From positions 160,001 to 224,000 of the IMG/VR virus record IMGVR_UViG_3300021514_000002: a DNA stretch of 64,000 bases. One strand, 5' to 3'. Shown here piece after piece: positions 47,525 through 58,590 of the stretch. A program made the position numbers and the translations under genes. Every line of letters starts with the position of its first letter. Positions within the stretch are counted from its first letter, which is position 1. The stretch is from a virus. Its lineage: Duplodnaviria > Caudoviricetes. The notes below the pieces were generated by a model, which saw nothing but the letters and a program-made list of their open reading frames with translations, was not told the DNA's origin and did no database searches.

Positions 47525-48103
47525 TTAAATAATATTTGCTTTTATTAGGTGTAATTGTAAAACTATATTTAATGCATATGCCAGCGAATGGCTTCTTTTG
47601 AAATAATATTTCTTAGGATCTTCTGGTTTTTTATATAATTCTTCTCTAATTTTTTCTTTATCGTTTACATAATAATTGATAAGGTGTTTCTTCGCGGGTC
47701 TTATAAGAGAGATGGCATCGGCCAATTCTTCGGTTGATTTTGGTTTAATTTTAAATATAACATCAAAATGTCTATGAATTTGGAACATTTTTTCAACTGA
47801 TTCACGATCTTCTAATATAGACCAATCAGGTTCCACCTTTAATAAGGTACGAATTTCTTCTTTACTTTCAAATATATCTAATAGTGACAAATGTAAAAAA
47901 TCTACTTTGAAGTAACCTAATTCGTCTGCTTTTTTATACGGAATTGCTGCTAACTTAGATATTGAATCTTTGGGCATGTATTGAAGATACGCGCCTGCGG
48001 GATGTTTCTTTAATTCATCCTTGTCGACCATAGCGGCTCGAACCGCTTGTGGAAAATACTCAAGCGGATCAAAATCTGTTTTAAAATCAATATCAATATC
48101 CAT
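47525..48103 (-). CDS. Miniature DNA polymerase III alpha (DnaE)-like catalytic fragment
   Basis: MDIDIDF, KHPAG, GYFKVDFL, FKRSHS.AYA. Confidence 0.75.
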   Translation of the reverse strand: MDIDIDFKTDFDPLEYFPQAVRAAMVDKDELKKHPAGAYLQYMPKDSISKLAAIPYKKADELGYFKVDFLHLSLLDIFESKEEIRTLLKVEPDWSILEDRESVEKMFQIHRHFDVIFKIKPKSTEELADAISLIRPAKKHLINYYVNDKEKIREELYKKPEDPKKYYFKRSHSLAYALNIVLQLHLIKANII

Positions 48104-48153
48104 ATATTAATTATACACGGCTATTATTTATATGTCAAATATACCAACCGATA

Positions 48154-50655
48154 TCATGCTAACGCCATCTCCTCGTCTGTTAGTGCATATGTCCAATCTC
48201 TGTACCTGATTAAAACACCATTCATATAAGATGTATTTTTTGTGCCAAGTTCAATACTGGATGTGGAAATATCATTCGGTGTTCCGTTATAGGTGGAACC
48301 ATCCTGAACGCCGTTCAACCACATTTTAAAAACGCCGTTAGTATGTGTTATACCTACTCTTATAGGAACCCCAATAGGCAAAGGGGTTGTTCCCGTTATT
48401 CGAGCGCCTGTGTTATAGAACCATTCTAAATAGAAGTTTATACCATCAGCAGTAGTGTACACCAATGAATCATGGGTGTTATTATAAACATATATACCAC
48501 CAGTGGAGAACGTTGTACCATACAACACAATATCTAAAATCCTTGTGTAATCATAAATAACTTGTAATGTAACATTGTCCTTCTGCAATGAAATTGTAGG
48601 TGAATGTTTTCTAGTTACCGCGACGGTAGTAGTTTCTATTCTGGATGATGGACCAGATGCATACTCTAGTTGATTATAGTCTATTGCTAGTTTATCACCA
48701 GAGGTGCTTATCTTAATTCCAAACTGGGGATCAAGTTGAGTTTGATTCATCCACACTCTTACCCATGGACGATTTAATATATTCAACTGAGCTGTCACAT
48801 CTGTATAAGTAGCCCCACCATCCATCGTTATGGATATTGTTCCTGTACCAACCAGTCGTTTTATATCACAACTATATGCTCTTCTGGCTGAAGAAGCAGT
48901 AAAAGTTTGAAACACCGTAGCATCGGCTGCTGTTGCTAAGATAGATGATGCTGCACTCGCAACATTGTCCATACCTAGTTGATCAAACAACGCGGTCATG
49001 TTGGTCTTAACCCATGCAGCATTCGACATGTCACGTGAGTAAAGCACCTCATTAGTACGGTCATCTTCACAAACAGTACCGCGAAAATTCTTACCCTCTG
49101 TAGATATTGGGAAACTCCCAACTGTGTATGCTTCGGTAGCAACAGGAATACCGTCAAAAGGTCTGTTCAAAAATAATTGCGTGACATTATTGCCAGTTAT
49201 CCAACGTGCTTCGCCGTCACCACTCCACCATACTAGCTTGTCTTTGTGTTCTCCAGGAGTCCATGTTTGTGTGGTGTCTTCCAATATAGACTGAGTTGAC
49301 CCCGCGCCTGTCAGCGTACCTGAAAATTGTACAAGTGTTTCTACATACTCAAAGCGGTCTTTCTGTGTGAATGTACTTGTTGATGTAGAGTGTACTATAG
49401 GCTCTGGGAACCCGCTATTTATAACTGCGTTATAGTTTGTAAAACTATGGTCGTTAGTAGGAATTGCTATTGTACCAACAGAACCAACAGGAACACCACC
49501 TCCACTAGCAGGTGTTTCATTAACCCATTTACTAGTACCACTATCATAAGTAAGTACCTGACCATCTACAATGTCTAACGGTGAACCCGTTGGTGTAAGG
49601 GTAACATCAGTTAAACCATTTAATGAAGTAACACTGCTCGCACCACCAATACTAGTAAATTTTGCAGCTTCTATAAAGACCGCATCTGCGCTGTCGGATA
49701 AATCTATCGCACCACCGCGAATAATTAAATATCCACGGGTTATTCCTGTGGCAAATGCTGGATTGTATAGGTGATTAACATCCGGCAAATCTGCAAGTGC
49801 CTCGGCGAAGCTTCCATAATCCGTTTGCCCATATTCAATGCGATGACCTGCACCAGGACAATGGTTTATAATCTGGACTGTCCATGTGTTTGAACCAACA
49901 GTACCAGGTGCGCCGTCACCATCATCCCATTCATCAGGAACAATGGTATTAGTCTTGTTTGTTAATGTATATCCGCCAGAGCCATCTTGGTAACTATAAA
50001 TCCATTCGAATGCTGTTTCTGCGCCATCTGTTGTAATATCGGGGACTGCTTTATTAATATGAAAATTGTTACCAACGCGATAACTTTCGCCAATGGATTT
50101 ATCTAAGTTTAAATTTCCACCATTTGCACTATATACGTTACCACTAATGTTAAAACTTCCAAGAGCTAGACCAAGATCGGACAACCGCGCAGCTGTATCA
50201 AATGCAGCAATAGGATCACTTCTTATACCAAGAACATTAGTATTATTTGCATGGCCGATAGTACCAAGAATAATATAATCCCTTGTATTGGCGGGTGTGA
50301 AATTTGTTGTTTGTTGTATAAGATTAACTGAAGGCGAGCCGGAAATATCAATGGCAATAAAAGTTTGTGGCTCGGTCGCAATATTTGTAATTGCAACATC
50401 CGTATAAGCTGACCATGATACAAGTTGATATGTTGGATTTTCAGGATCGGTATAATTATTAACTACAATACCAGACCCTGCTGTTACTGAAAATGTTGTT
50501 GTTGTTAATGGAGAACCAGACAATGTACCAAACGAAAGCGCGCCGCCCGTAAACAATCCTGTTGAAATTTTACTTAATTGTATTGGCAATAAGCCATTTG
50601 CATCAGGAAAAACAACTTCACCTGGTTCGATTTGAAAACCTTTAATACGTGCCAT
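48154..50655 (-). CDS. Virion fibre/spike protein with C-terminal LamG-like domain
   Basis: T/G/S-rich; L..LTDV linker; EDDRTNEVLYSRD..NAAW; VGIT.TNG...WLNG...G.K...NG...ALTDEE. Confidence 0.75.
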   Translation of the reverse strand: MARIKGFQIEPGEVVFPDANGLLPIQLSKISTGLFTGGALSFGTLSGSPLTTTTFSVTAGSGIVVNNYTDPENPTYQLVSWSAYTDVAITNIATEPQTFIAIDISGSPSVNLIQQTTNFTPANTRDYIILGTIGHANNTNVLGIRSDPIAAFDTAARLSDLGLALGSFNISGNVYSANGGNLNLDKSIGESYRVGNNFHINKAVPDITTDGAETAFEWIYSYQDGSGGYTLTNKTNTIVPDEWDDGDGAPGTVGSNTWTVQIINHCPGAGHRIEYGQTDYGSFAEALADLPDVNHLYNPAFATGITRGYLIIRGGAIDLSDSADAVFIEAAKFTSIGGASSVTSLNGLTDVTLTPTGSPLDIVDGQVLTYDSGTSKWVNETPASGGGVPVGSVGTIAIPTNDHSFTNYNAVINSGFPEPIVHSTSTSTFTQKDRFEYVETLVQFSGTLTGAGSTQSILEDTTQTWTPGEHKDKLVWWSGDGEARWITGNNVTQLFLNRPFDGIPVATEAYTVGSFPISTEGKNFRGTVCEDDRTNEVLYSRDMSNAAWVKTNMTALFDQLGMDNVASAASSILATAADATVFQTFTASSARRAYSCDIKRLVGTGTISITMDGGATYTDVTAQLNILNRPWVRVWMNQTQLDPQFGIKISTSGDKLAIDYNQLEYASGPSSRIETTTVAVTRKHSPTISLQKDNVTLQVIYDYTRILDIVLYGTTFSTGGIYVYNNTHDSLVYTTADGINFYLEWFYNTGARITGTTPLPIGVPIRVGITHTNGVFKMWLNGVQDGSTYNGTPNDISTSSIELGTKNTSYMNGVLIRYRDWTYALTDEEMALA

Positions 50656-50669
50656 TTTTTATATTCTCC

Positions 50670-52922
50670 TTATACCAATAATATGTTTTCAATTTGATTA
50701 CCACTAGGAATAGTGTAATTAAATGTAACGTAACTAGAAAACTCACCAACTGGTACAATGTTGCCGCTTATATCTGTTTCCGCGTAATCGCCGTCTGTGC
50801 CTGCTATGGCAGCTTCTAATTGTGCAAACCCACCCATAGGCGTAAAGTGCACATCCCCATACGGCGATGGCGCGGGTGGTGTTGGTGACGGTGAGCCACC
50901 AGGTATATATGCACCTAATAAAGGTACATTTAATGTGTAATCTGCAACCCAACCGATTGGAATTGTCGTAACGCCTGGTGAGCCGCCAAAACTTGGACCT
51001 GATTGATATACCGAATAAACACTATCAAAGTTGCCATATGTAGCATCAACGGAGCCGCGAATTGTAAATGTTTTTCCTGCTGGGAAAAGTGCAGTTACAT
51101 CGCCACTTATTATAATTTCATCTGGAATTATTGGCGAGCCAGAACCCATACTTGGTGCGCTTATAAAATTCGCGCTTATAATTACTGTAGGACTAGGATC
51201 GGTCGCGAACAAATATGTTCCATCAGGTGAACCAACACCTGGATCAGTTATGGCAATAGAACTAGTCGAGCCTGCTGAATCTGTTGTAAACTTTTCAAGA
51301 TCATCATCTTCGAGTTCAAATAACACATGTGCTAAGTGCGGACTTCCTGAAGACATAATACTATTAATTGTTGCTATAAGACTGCCGTGTGTAACCACAG
51401 ATGCCCCTGCTGGGATAGTTACGGTTACAGCACCACCTCCATTGATGCTTACGGCAAAATCATACGTCACTGTTGCATCTAGACCTGTATAAGTCGTTGA
51501 AGAAATAAGTCCTACGCTTGTATCGTATCTAACACGCTGTACACCATGGGTATGTGCATATTGTTTTAATCCATTTATCGTAATGGATAATTTGTTATCA
51601 TTAACAACATGTGCTAAAATTTCATACGGCGCAGGAGTTGTAAGATCGGCAACAAGTGTTTCAAGATTACGGATAACAGAAAGTTCCGTTGGTTCCGTTG
51701 ATGTTCCACCACTGCCAACGGCTGCGACATTATCAACATAATTTTTTGTAGCAAGATCATTACTGGCTACTGGTTCGGCAGCTGCCACTTGTCCGCCAAA
51801 ATTAGCACCACCCGAAGATGTTACCGTACCAGTAAACGTAGGTGAGGCTCTATTGGCCTTAATTAAATCAATATTTTCAATGACAGCTTGTACTGACGCG
51901 CCCGCAATATCAAGGATTGGGGAACCAGTATTATCAAACGTTATTTCAGTCGCAGTATGGGCATGTCCTACCCGCGATACACCATCTATTGTAAGTATGC
52001 CTATATTTGGCGAGCCTGGATGTGTTATTGTAAATTGTAACGAAGTTTCAGTTATATTTGGTAAGGGTGAACCGCCAGCTGCTGCAATCCAATCGACTTG
52101 ACTTAATACGCCATCGCCCCCAGCACCAGTAAGAACAAATGATTCAACATAGGCTTTAGAAGCTGCCTCGTCTGGATCGGTTGGAGTAAGTGGTAACCCT
52201 GTAATAGTACCACCACCTACAGTAACTGGTGACGCTGGACTACCAAGTGGTGCAACTATTAAATTGCCACCATTTATAGTTAAATTAGCACTGACATCCA
52301 TTGTATCACCAGTGCGACTGATTTTACCATCAAGTTGGTTTTGAATAGTAATTGAACCAATCGGGGAACCAGTGACAATACCTTTTAACGTATTAACTTC
52401 GTCGGCGGTTAACGTTGGCAAATCCAATGAATCTAAGAATGTATTTTGTGTTGTTGTGAGGTGAATAGTATCAAGAACAGTATGGGCATCAACATATTGT
52501 CTAGGTACTGCTCCAAGCGCACTACTGGGGTTACCATCCAATATCAGTTCACCTGTCATAGCAGATGTGCCTGTGGCTAAAATAACAGCATCCCAAGCAG
52601 TTGCACTATTACGAATAAATAACTCTGGACCAAGAATAGGACTTCCAGTACCAATGTTGTTGTACCATAATTGGCCTTCTATCGCAGAACCAGGTTCAGT
52701 ACCTGCTGCGAAGTTTTCAAGCATGTAGATTAAATCTTGCTCAATTCCCTGACCATAATCTTGCATACCTTTACCATACAATTTTAAGGTTGTAGTTGCA
52801 GCTACTGCATGATCAATAAAAATAGGATCGGATGGACTTGTTGGTCCATTCGTGGTATACGGATAAACGGAAAATTCCGGTTTCGTAGTATCTGAATAAA
52901 AAAACGTATATTTTGTTGCCAT
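50670..52922 (-). CDS. Virion baseplate/tail-fibre protein
   Basis: LYGKG...YGQ......MLENFA...GQLWYN; A.K.YVD fibre repeats; 11 GSP motifs. Confidence 0.75.
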   Translation of the reverse strand: MATKYTFFYSDTTKPEFSVYPYTTNGPTSPSDPIFIDHAVAATTTLKLYGKGMQDYGQGIEQDLIYMLENFAAGTEPGSAIEGQLWYNNIGTGSPILGPELFIRNSATAWDAVILATGTSAMTGELILDGNPSSALGAVPRQYVDAHTVLDTIHLTTTQNTFLDSLDLPTLTADEVNTLKGIVTGSPIGSITIQNQLDGKISRTGDTMDVSANLTINGGNLIVAPLGSPASPVTVGGGTITGLPLTPTDPDEAASKAYVESFVLTGAGGDGVLSQVDWIAAAGGSPLPNITETSLQFTITHPGSPNIGILTIDGVSRVGHAHTATEITFDNTGSPILDIAGASVQAVIENIDLIKANRASPTFTGTVTSSGGANFGGQVAAAEPVASNDLATKNYVDNVAAVGSGGTSTEPTELSVIRNLETLVADLTTPAPYEILAHVVNDNKLSITINGLKQYAHTHGVQRVRYDTSVGLISSTTYTGLDATVTYDFAVSINGGGAVTVTIPAGASVVTHGSLIATINSIMSSGSPHLAHVLFELEDDDLEKFTTDSAGSTSSIAITDPGVGSPDGTYLFATDPSPTVIISANFISAPSMGSGSPIIPDEIIISGDVTALFPAGKTFTIRGSVDATYGNFDSVYSVYQSGPSFGGSPGVTTIPIGWVADYTLNVPLLGAYIPGGSPSPTPPAPSPYGDVHFTPMGGFAQLEAAIAGTDGDYAETDISGNIVPVGEFSSYVTFNYTIPSGNQIENILLV

Positions 52923-53040
52923 GTAATAAATCCCTATAAACCAATTACTTTCCAGTATTTATTACTTTGTAATTTAAACACTCTACTAACCTTTTTGGGG
53001 GTCAGTTGTATTGATTTAGGGGATATTTAGTACATAACTA

Positions 53041-54249
53041 TTATTGTCTGTTTAGTCGCTCCGCAAGCAGCATTACGTCAGAAAGGGTTGGCTCTTCAAT
53101 AAACGGTACGTCGTAACTATCATCAAATTCAAATGGTCGGGACATAACTCCATATAATTCGTTCAGGAATACGGGATTCTGTTCGGCAAGCAACCCATTT
53201 TGCATTTCTTCATACGTGTCTTTATGCACGAATGGGAGTTGACAATATCCGTTGACGGGTGCTAAAAATTCATCACCATTTAATAGTTTATTTGCAAGAT
53301 GGCATTTTGAACAAAATTGTCTAGCTTCACAAGTACCACATCGTATATCTTTTTGTGGTACTGGAATATCCAAACTATCCTCAAGTTCTTTTAAGCTACT
53401 AACTTCAAGAATGTTACCAAACCCATACTTATCTTTCTCTTCTGGGTGTTCTTGTGCATACGCATAATACCTATGACATGACCACAAACCACCATCGGGC
53501 GATAAGGCAAGCAAGTATTTTCCTGCACCACATCCGTAATGATCTTGGTTGGTTGAACGGAATGGTGATAAATGTGTAATAAATACAGACGCACCATCTC
53601 TATAAGATTTTACGACCATATCTTTTATGCGCCTAAATTCTATGCGGTATTTTTCTGCATCTTCCATCGTCCATTTATCAACTTCAATAACAGGAACAAT
53701 ACCAATAGATCTAATACCAAGATTGATCATTTTTTGAATACCATCTGCAACACCATCTATTGTATCTGGGGTTACGGTAGTTTCAATATGTAATGTTCGT
53801 TCATTACCCGCTTCGCTTTCGCAACGCATACAACCAGTACCTTGGTATTCTTCTACATAACGCTTAATATTATCTTCGACATTTGTTAAATTGATGCCAC
53901 CCATGGGGTGAACGAAATCTTGTCTAGTACCATCATAACTTATTTGTACCATAATATTTCTTTTAGTTTCTCTAAGTTTTTCCAATAGTGGTTCTTTCAT
54001 GAAACTACCATTTGTGAAAATCTTAATATATGACTTATTGCCTTTTTCGTCTAAGCGATTAAGGATATCAATAATCATATCACTGAATAGAAGTGGTTCA
54101 CCACCAAAAATACTCAATACATCGTTATCAGTCAATAGTTCGATAATTTTATCAACTACTCGTGGTTCTGCTTCTTCATTCTTAAATGGTACATAACAAT
54201 ATGTACATCTAAAATTACAGCGTCGGGTAAGATATAACTTAAGCTCCAT
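53041..54249 (-). CDS. Radical SAM/SPASM enzyme (rSAM-4)
   Basis: CNFRCTYC; FGGEP; Cx12Gx4C...Cx2Cx5Cx2C...C. Confidence 0.92.
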   Translation of the reverse strand: MELKLYLTRRCNFRCTYCYVPFKNEEAEPRVVDKIIELLTDNDVLSIFGGEPLLFSDMIIDILNRLDEKGNKSYIKIFTNGSFMKEPLLEKLRETKRNIMVQISYDGTRQDFVHPMGGINLTNVEDNIKRYVEEYQGTGCMRCESEAGNERTLHIETTVTPDTIDGVADGIQKMINLGIRSIGIVPVIEVDKWTMEDAEKYRIEFRRIKDMVVKSYRDGASVFITHLSPFRSTNQDHYGCGAGKYLLALSPDGGLWSCHRYYAYAQEHPEEKDKYGFGNILEVSSLKELEDSLDIPVPQKDIRCGTCEARQFCSKCHLANKLLNGDEFLAPVNGYCQLPFVHKDTYEEMQNGLLAEQNPVFLNELYGVMSRPFEFDDSYDVPFIEEPTLSDVMLLAERLNRQ

Positions 54250-55441
54250 AATATTTCCTTAGTGCGTAATAAACGCTTACTATTGTTTTTAGAACTTGTG
54301 TGGTACAATAACCGGGTTGTGTGGCTTCAACTGGACACGATACCCCGCAATATTTTAATACGTTACATGTTTTACACTTATCAGCAACAGAAGATGGGGA
54401 ATCCTCTAAACCCACCTGTGTACAACGTTGAAATGTTGACGCTTTTGATGTTTCTGGTGTTACTACAGGAACGTCACCAACATACAATCTACATCCTCTT
54501 GCTAAGAAGAAATTAGAATCGTTGGCTTTTAATCTCTCGTAAATCTGTTCACCGCGTTCAATTGCACTTAGTGGCATTTCGGTACGCTTGCCATCAATTA
54601 TTGCATTTACGTCAATAAGCAACAATGCCAATAGTGTATCAAACTCATTATCGGTTGGTAAGAACTTATCTTCTGAAACTACTTCAAATGTTAATGACAG
54701 TTCACGATTTAAGTCTGGCTCAAATTCCTTACGAATTTCTGTATAATCATAACTACCATTACACAGTGTCGCGCGAATACCAAAGTCATCGCCTGTTAAT
54801 TTGGCTAATTCTTTCGCTCTGGGTATAATGTTTTCTTGGAATTTTCCTGGTCGGTATTTGTTAGTAGGGTCTAAACTAACTTGAAGAGCTATCCTATTTG
54901 GATATTTGTCTAAAACATCAAGTAAGTTGTTATATTCTTTATCACTCACAAATAGGCCAGTTGAGATCGATACCACATATTCTGTCTGTTCTAGAATATC
55001 TTTTATTAGTTCAAAATTTAATAATGGCTCACCGCCTAAAATCGTTATATCTTTTAAAGTATCTACACTATCAATAGCTTCTAATGATTTCATTAGATAT
55101 TCAAATGTTACAACTTCACCGTTTATCATCCATGGCGTAGCGTAACAATAAGTACACTTTCCGCGACAAACGTTTGTAGAATTAACATAAATTGATTCCA
55201 CACGGCTTGGTGTAAATTGACCCAATTCCACTTCTAACTCGGCAAGAAATTCTGTTCTTGCCATGTCTGCGTCTGTTGTGTCGCTTACAATATTAACGTC
55301 ACCATGATACAACAATTTAACTGGTTGCTTTAGTGGATAGTCTGGTAGTTCTTGAAACATAGCAAGTTCTAACGAATAGGCAATATTTTTATCACCTATC
55401 TTAAACATCACAAGTTCAGGAATTTCATTTCTGCGGATCAT
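54239..55441 (-). CDS. Radical SAM/SPASM enzyme (rSAM-3) with ~85-aa N-terminal extension
   Basis: CRGKCTYC; LGGEP; Cx2Cx5Cx3C...C. Confidence 0.9.
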   Translation of the reverse strand: MIRRNEIPELVMFKIGDKNIAYSLELAMFQELPDYPLKQPVKLLYHGDVNIVSDTTDADMARTEFLAELEVELGQFTPSRVESIYVNSTNVCRGKCTYCYATPWMINGEVVTFEYLMKSLEAIDSVDTLKDITILGGEPLLNFELIKDILEQTEYVVSISTGLFVSDKEYNNLLDVLDKYPNRIALQVSLDPTNKYRPGKFQENIIPRAKELAKLTGDDFGIRATLCNGSYDYTEIRKEFEPDLNRELSLTFEVVSEDKFLPTDNEFDTLLALLLIDVNAIIDGKRTEMPLSAIERGEQIYERLKANDSNFFLARGCRLYVGDVPVVTPETSKASTFQRCTQVGLEDSPSSVADKCKTCNVLKYCGVSCPVEATQPGYCTTQVLKTIVSVYYALRKYYGA

Positions 55442-56648
55442 TTATTACTCCTTTTCGTGTGATGAAAAACGTGGCATATAAACTAAATACATAATCAATA
55501 ACTTTAACGTAACAATATAGTTCTTTAAATTTCTTAATCCCACATGAGCCACCACATAGCTTCAAGTAATTACATTCTTTACAAACGCCCGACGTTTCTA
55601 CAACTTCCTCGACCATGCTTTCATTATATAATGATTCGTCTAAAATTGGACGATTTGGACTATCACAGTAAGATAAACTGCCGTCTGGTAATAGCGTAAA
55701 GTAATTAAAACCACAGCCACATGTGCGCATATTTTTAACAATACCTTCATCATGGAACATAGGGAAAACATTCATCATAAATGAAGTTCTTTCGGTTAGG
55801 TCGCCAGCTAAAAACGCATCGAGTTCTTTATCATACAATCCACGTACTTGATCTAATGTATTGTGATTAGATAAGCGGATATCTTCAAATCCATATCCCA
55901 CCCCATCAAAGTTCACCTGAGCGCCGTCAGGAAGTTCACTACGTAAGGCATGGATGTCGTACGCTTCACGGTTTATTGTGGTTTTAACCCTAATGCGCGA
56001 ACCAAGAAATTTATATAATTTATGGAACAATCTTATATTTCGTTCGCGCTTACCTTGTTCGCTACTTGCCTTATATCGTAGCGAATTGGGAGGATCGATG
56101 CTTAATGAAATTTCAACATTATCACGGAACATTAAAAAGGTTAATAGGTCATCTATCTCGCCATCTGAACAAGGAAATGATGTACAAATTGTCCAGTCTG
56201 TATTGGGAAATAAATCAATGATATGTTTTACAATTCCAATATTCTCAAGTGGGTCACCACCAAGGAACATTCCACCCTTAATGTCTTCTGGTACAATATT
56301 ATATCGTTTAATGAATTCAGCTACGGTTTTTTCAGTTAAGACAGTCTTATCATTTTTTTCAGAAGCGGCGTAACAATATGAGCATTTAAGAGAACAATAC
56401 CAAGATGGTATTACAGTAAGGCTAGTTATTTTGCGTTCTGCAAATTCACAACTGCGAGATTGTTGAATATTATTATATATTTCATTTTGTTTGTTTTTAT
56501 TATCTTTTATGTCGTTGCATACATCCAACACTATTGGTTGATCGTATTTCCTTGGTGATACTTTCCAAGTAAGATTGATTAGATCAACCTCAACGGTAGT
56601 GTCGTCGTGGGACAGGAATGCCGTGTCCCATTTCATTAAATCTTTCAT
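55425..56648 (-). CDS. Radical SAM/SPASM enzyme (rSAM-2) with ~80-aa N-terminal extension
   Basis: CSLKCSYC; LGGDP; Cx12Gx4C...Cx2Cx5Cx3C...C. Confidence 0.92.
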   Translation of the reverse strand: MKDLMKWDTAFLSHDDTTVEVDLINLTWKVSPRKYDQPIVLDVCNDIKDNKNKQNEIYNNIQQSRSCEFAERKITSLTVIPSWYCSLKCSYCYAASEKNDKTVLTEKTVAEFIKRYNIVPEDIKGGMFLGGDPLENIGIVKHIIDLFPNTDWTICTSFPCSDGEIDDLLTFLMFRDNVEISLSIDPPNSLRYKASSEQGKRERNIRLFHKLYKFLGSRIRVKTTINREAYDIHALRSELPDGAQVNFDGVGYGFEDIRLSNHNTLDQVRGLYDKELDAFLAGDLTERTSFMMNVFPMFHDEGIVKNMRTCGCGFNYFTLLPDGSLSYCDSPNRPILDESLYNESMVEEVVETSGVCKECNYLKLCGGSCGIKKFKELYCYVKVIDYVFSLYATFFITRKGVINDPQK

Positions 56649-56660
56649 TCTAACCTTCTT

Positions 56661-58232
56661 TTATAAGGATGATATGTCTATATTATTATCTATAAGTGGA
56701 AGCGCTTCGCCAATATTTGCGTAAACTTCTGGATATGTATATGTTTCTTTATTTTTTATTACCCCGTATACATGTTTTGCTCTACCCATCATGATTACTC
56801 TGAATGGGAAGTTATGAAACGTATATACTGCAACCAAACTCTCAGGATCGATTTTTAAATAACTTCCTTCAACCCCGTAACTTTCTTCAAATTGATGGAT
56901 TTCTAATACGCGAACATCTTCGCCATTTTGGTCTTTGACATATTGATCGTCGTTACAAAAACCATCAGTGGCCATAATATTTCGTACAGAAATTCCAATC
57001 TTTGAAAACATACGAACAATAGACATGTAAGTAAATTCCATTTGTGGAATTAATGCATCTATTGCAACGAGTTGCTCACCTTCATTTACTTTACTAGTAA
57101 GAATACGCTTAAAATTAATCATGGCATGATATAATCCCATGATGCCATTAACTCCTTCTTCTAAATTCCCACCAAACTTGTCAAGTATATTAACACCCAT
57201 TATAGAATATGTCAAGCGTTCTAATATGTCATAATTTGCTGGCATATTAAATTTATTAAGAATAGAACAAACATGGGCAGTACCTGCCGAAACTGTCATT
57301 TCATTATTAACATCTGTAATTATTTGGTCATGTTTACTTAACACATCAAGATCTTTTCTAAAGGTGCAAGTAGATATTTTACCAAATTGTTTAATTACAA
57401 CATTACCATTTAAGCAAGATACAATAGGAAATAGTAAGCTTGTCGGGGAATACATTTTTTTCATTTCTGGAACAACGTCTAATAGATGTTTAATATGCTC
57501 AACTTCATATCTTTCATCATTTTTCCAGAACCCTTCTATTTCATTTAATGGTTGTATTGCAACGTTAATACCTTGTCGCTTAACATCATCCATTAATGTG
57601 CGAATTTCTTCAGGTGTTTGTTTATCTGACATCATTAGGTTGGTCTGTACGCGCGTGGGATCGATATCCGACACCGCTTGAAGTGTTCGGCGTACATCAG
57701 CATATTGAATAAATCTTGGATTAACCATACGAGGGTCAGACGAAATAGTAATATATGAACGAGGATCTGAAAAATATTTAGTAATAGTATTGGTATCCAT
57801 TCCGTTGGAAAACAATTCTACTTTAATGTGTTTATCAGGATCAATTTCATCAAGAAACCCATATAACTTTTTTAGAGCTGGTTCATTTTTGGCTTGTAAC
57901 AGTTCACCACCAGATGTTTCAAGAACAGAAGGTTTAAATTCTGCAATACGATCCATGGTGTCTTTAAGTTTAGGGTAGTTGTTTCGCACTTCTGGGAAAT
58001 TTTCAACAAAAAAACGTTCCAAACAATAATCACATGTAGTATTGCATTGTTTGTAACTTGTAATTTTTGTTTCCATTCGGGAAATATCTACTTTCGGAAG
58101 GGCGGCGATTTCGGATTTATTAAACCCATCGCCAGATCCATGAACACCCAAAGTATTTACCCAATGTTGGTCTGCTTCTGAATTACAAGGGTCGTTGAAG
58201 AATAGCTTGGTGCCATTTTTAAATGTTATCAT
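56661..58232 (-). CDS. Radical SAM enzyme (rSAM-1) with twitch-like motif and extra C-terminal domain
   Basis: CNTTCDYC; SGGE; SNG; Cx10Gx4C. Confidence 0.85.
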   Translation of the reverse strand: MITFKNGTKLFFNDPCNSEADQHWVNTLGVHGSGDGFNKSEIAALPKVDISRMETKITSYKQCNTTCDYCLERFFVENFPEVRNNYPKLKDTMDRIAEFKPSVLETSGGELLQAKNEPALKKLYGFLDEIDPDKHIKVELFSNGMDTNTITKYFSDPRSYITISSDPRMVNPRFIQYADVRRTLQAVSDIDPTRVQTNLMMSDKQTPEEIRTLMDDVKRQGINVAIQPLNEIEGFWKNDERYEVEHIKHLLDVVPEMKKMYSPTSLLFPIVSCLNGNVVIKQFGKISTCTFRKDLDVLSKHDQIITDVNNEMTVSAGTAHVCSILNKFNMPANYDILERLTYSIMGVNILDKFGGNLEEGVNGIMGLYHAMINFKRILTSKVNEGEQLVAIDALIPQMEFTYMSIVRMFSKIGISVRNIMATDGFCNDDQYVKDQNGEDVRVLEIHQFEESYGVEGSYLKIDPESLVAVYTFHNFPFRVIMMGRAKHVYGVIKNKETYTYPEVYANIGEALPLIDNNIDISSL

Positions 58233-58262
58233 ATTATCGTCCTATGTTAAGGGTATAAATTA

Positions 58263-58577
58263 TTATATGTTCTTAATTATTACGGAACGCGGAGCACCAT
58301 CAATTAATAGTTTTAATTGTGCAAACGGTGTTTCTTTTTGAATTAAAAGATTATATACAATATCTTTTGTATTTTCGCCCGTATCTAAAGTACGATTATC
58401 CGTGAGTTTAATATTATTATCGGATATATCAACATCGATACTCATATCAAGATCAGCCGATATAATTAACTCTAACCTATTAAAACCTTCGGTATCTAAA
58501 GCGCTATTAGCAATCTCTACTACGACCACATCAGATGATGTGTTTACTACATCTACTAAAAATTTATTATTGTCCAT
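58263..58577 (-). CDS. Accessory protein of the rSAM locus
   Basis: ORF between fibre gene and rSAM genes; SD AAGGA. Confidence 0.7.
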   Translation of the reverse strand: MDNNKFLVDVVNTSSDVVVVEIANSALDTEGFNRLELIISADLDMSIDVDISDNNIKLTDNRTLDTGENTKDIVYNLLIQKETPFAQLKLLIDGAPRSVIIKNI

Positions 58578-58590
58578 GATATATCCTTTA

